Assembly: GCA_965218435.1 (NCBI GenBank)
Contig: CBDCKW010000005.1
Location: 32,001 to 96,000, forward strand
From: Truepera sp.
GTDB taxonomy: Bacteria; Deinococcota; Deinococci; Deinococcales; Trueperaceae
DNA: 64,000 nucleotides
Direction: 5' to 3'
This document shows, one piece after another, positions 63,648-64,000 of this stretch. The translations under genes were made by a program, and so were the position numbers. How positions within the stretch are numbered: position 1 is the first letter of the stretch; each line of letters opens with the position of its first letter. The notes beneath the pieces were generated by a model. The model worked only from the letters and a program-made list of their open reading frames with translations. It searched no databases and was not told where the DNA came from.

Positions 63648-63860
63648 ATGTCGCTTCAGCAGAGCAACCCGATGTTCGTTCCTGAAGAAACAGCCCGCGT
63701 TGCCAAAGCTATCTACCGCAAAGGCAACTTAGCGATCCATCTACGCGATGAACTGGCAGGCATCTACCGCGACGAGCTATTCGCCGACCTGTATCCAGTT
63801 GTAGGGCAAGCGGCTGCGGCACCCTGGCGACTCGCCTTAGTGACCTGCTGCAATTCGCCG
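63648..63860 (+). mobile_element. IS1182-like transposase N-terminal fragment
   Basis: VPEETARVAKA...LRDEL..IY.D..FADLYP..GQ...PWRLALVT. Confidence 0.7.
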
Positions 63861-64000
63861 AAGACCTGTCCGAATTTCTGACGCCACCGATAAAAACTCC
63901 ACTCGCTAATGCCGAGGGTGCGGCACGCCTCAGCAGCGGTCTTTCCCTGGTTCGTCTCACGCTCGACCTGGCGCAAGGTATCAATGATCTGTTCGGGTGT
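63861..64000 (-). mobile_element. IS3-family OrfA fragment (runs off the window end)
   Basis: TPEQIIDTLRQVE...EACRTLGISEWSFYRWRQKFG. Confidence 0.75.

Noticed and set aside
1532..63984. Numerous antisense and alternate-frame ORFs in the track (for example 1532-2227, 30100-30639, 55307-55687)
   Set aside because: They are shadows of well-supported genes in GC-rich DNA, with no motifs or RBS.
1..64000. CRISPR array, tRNA or rRNA genes
   Set aside because: No regularly spaced repeats, cloverleaf or rRNA-like sequence was seen by eye.

Overview
A 64-kb accessory region, probably plasmid- or ICE-like, with high GC judged by eye. Many genes have a TANNNT box 5-6 nt before the start codon (leaderless layout), there are small beta-barrel OMPs, and CTCGAG is strongly over-represented; together these suggest a Deinococcota (Trueperaceae-like) host, which is inference. 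Much of the window is detoxification, regulatory and transport cargo, with over 20 pseudogenes and fragments, several IS elements or remnants (IS200, IS982, DDE_Tnp_1, ISL3, IS1182, IS3) and a group II intron whose maturase is dead. The core of interest is a minus-strand module at about 21.1-31.2 kb: orphan 433-aa gene, small ORFs, intron, macro domain, Xre/RES toxin-antitoxin, then PRTRC-type F/E2/E1 genes with no Ubl or JAB. The strongest unannotated signal is an apparent RNA control circuit on the orphan gene. A strong plus-strand promoter drives a ~80-nt sRNA carrying two short motifs complementary to a hairpin loop and linker next to the gene's SD. An 18-nt anti-SD sequence also lies just 3' of the gene, resembling hok/sok-type fold-back. 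All calls are from reading the sequence; no searches were run.
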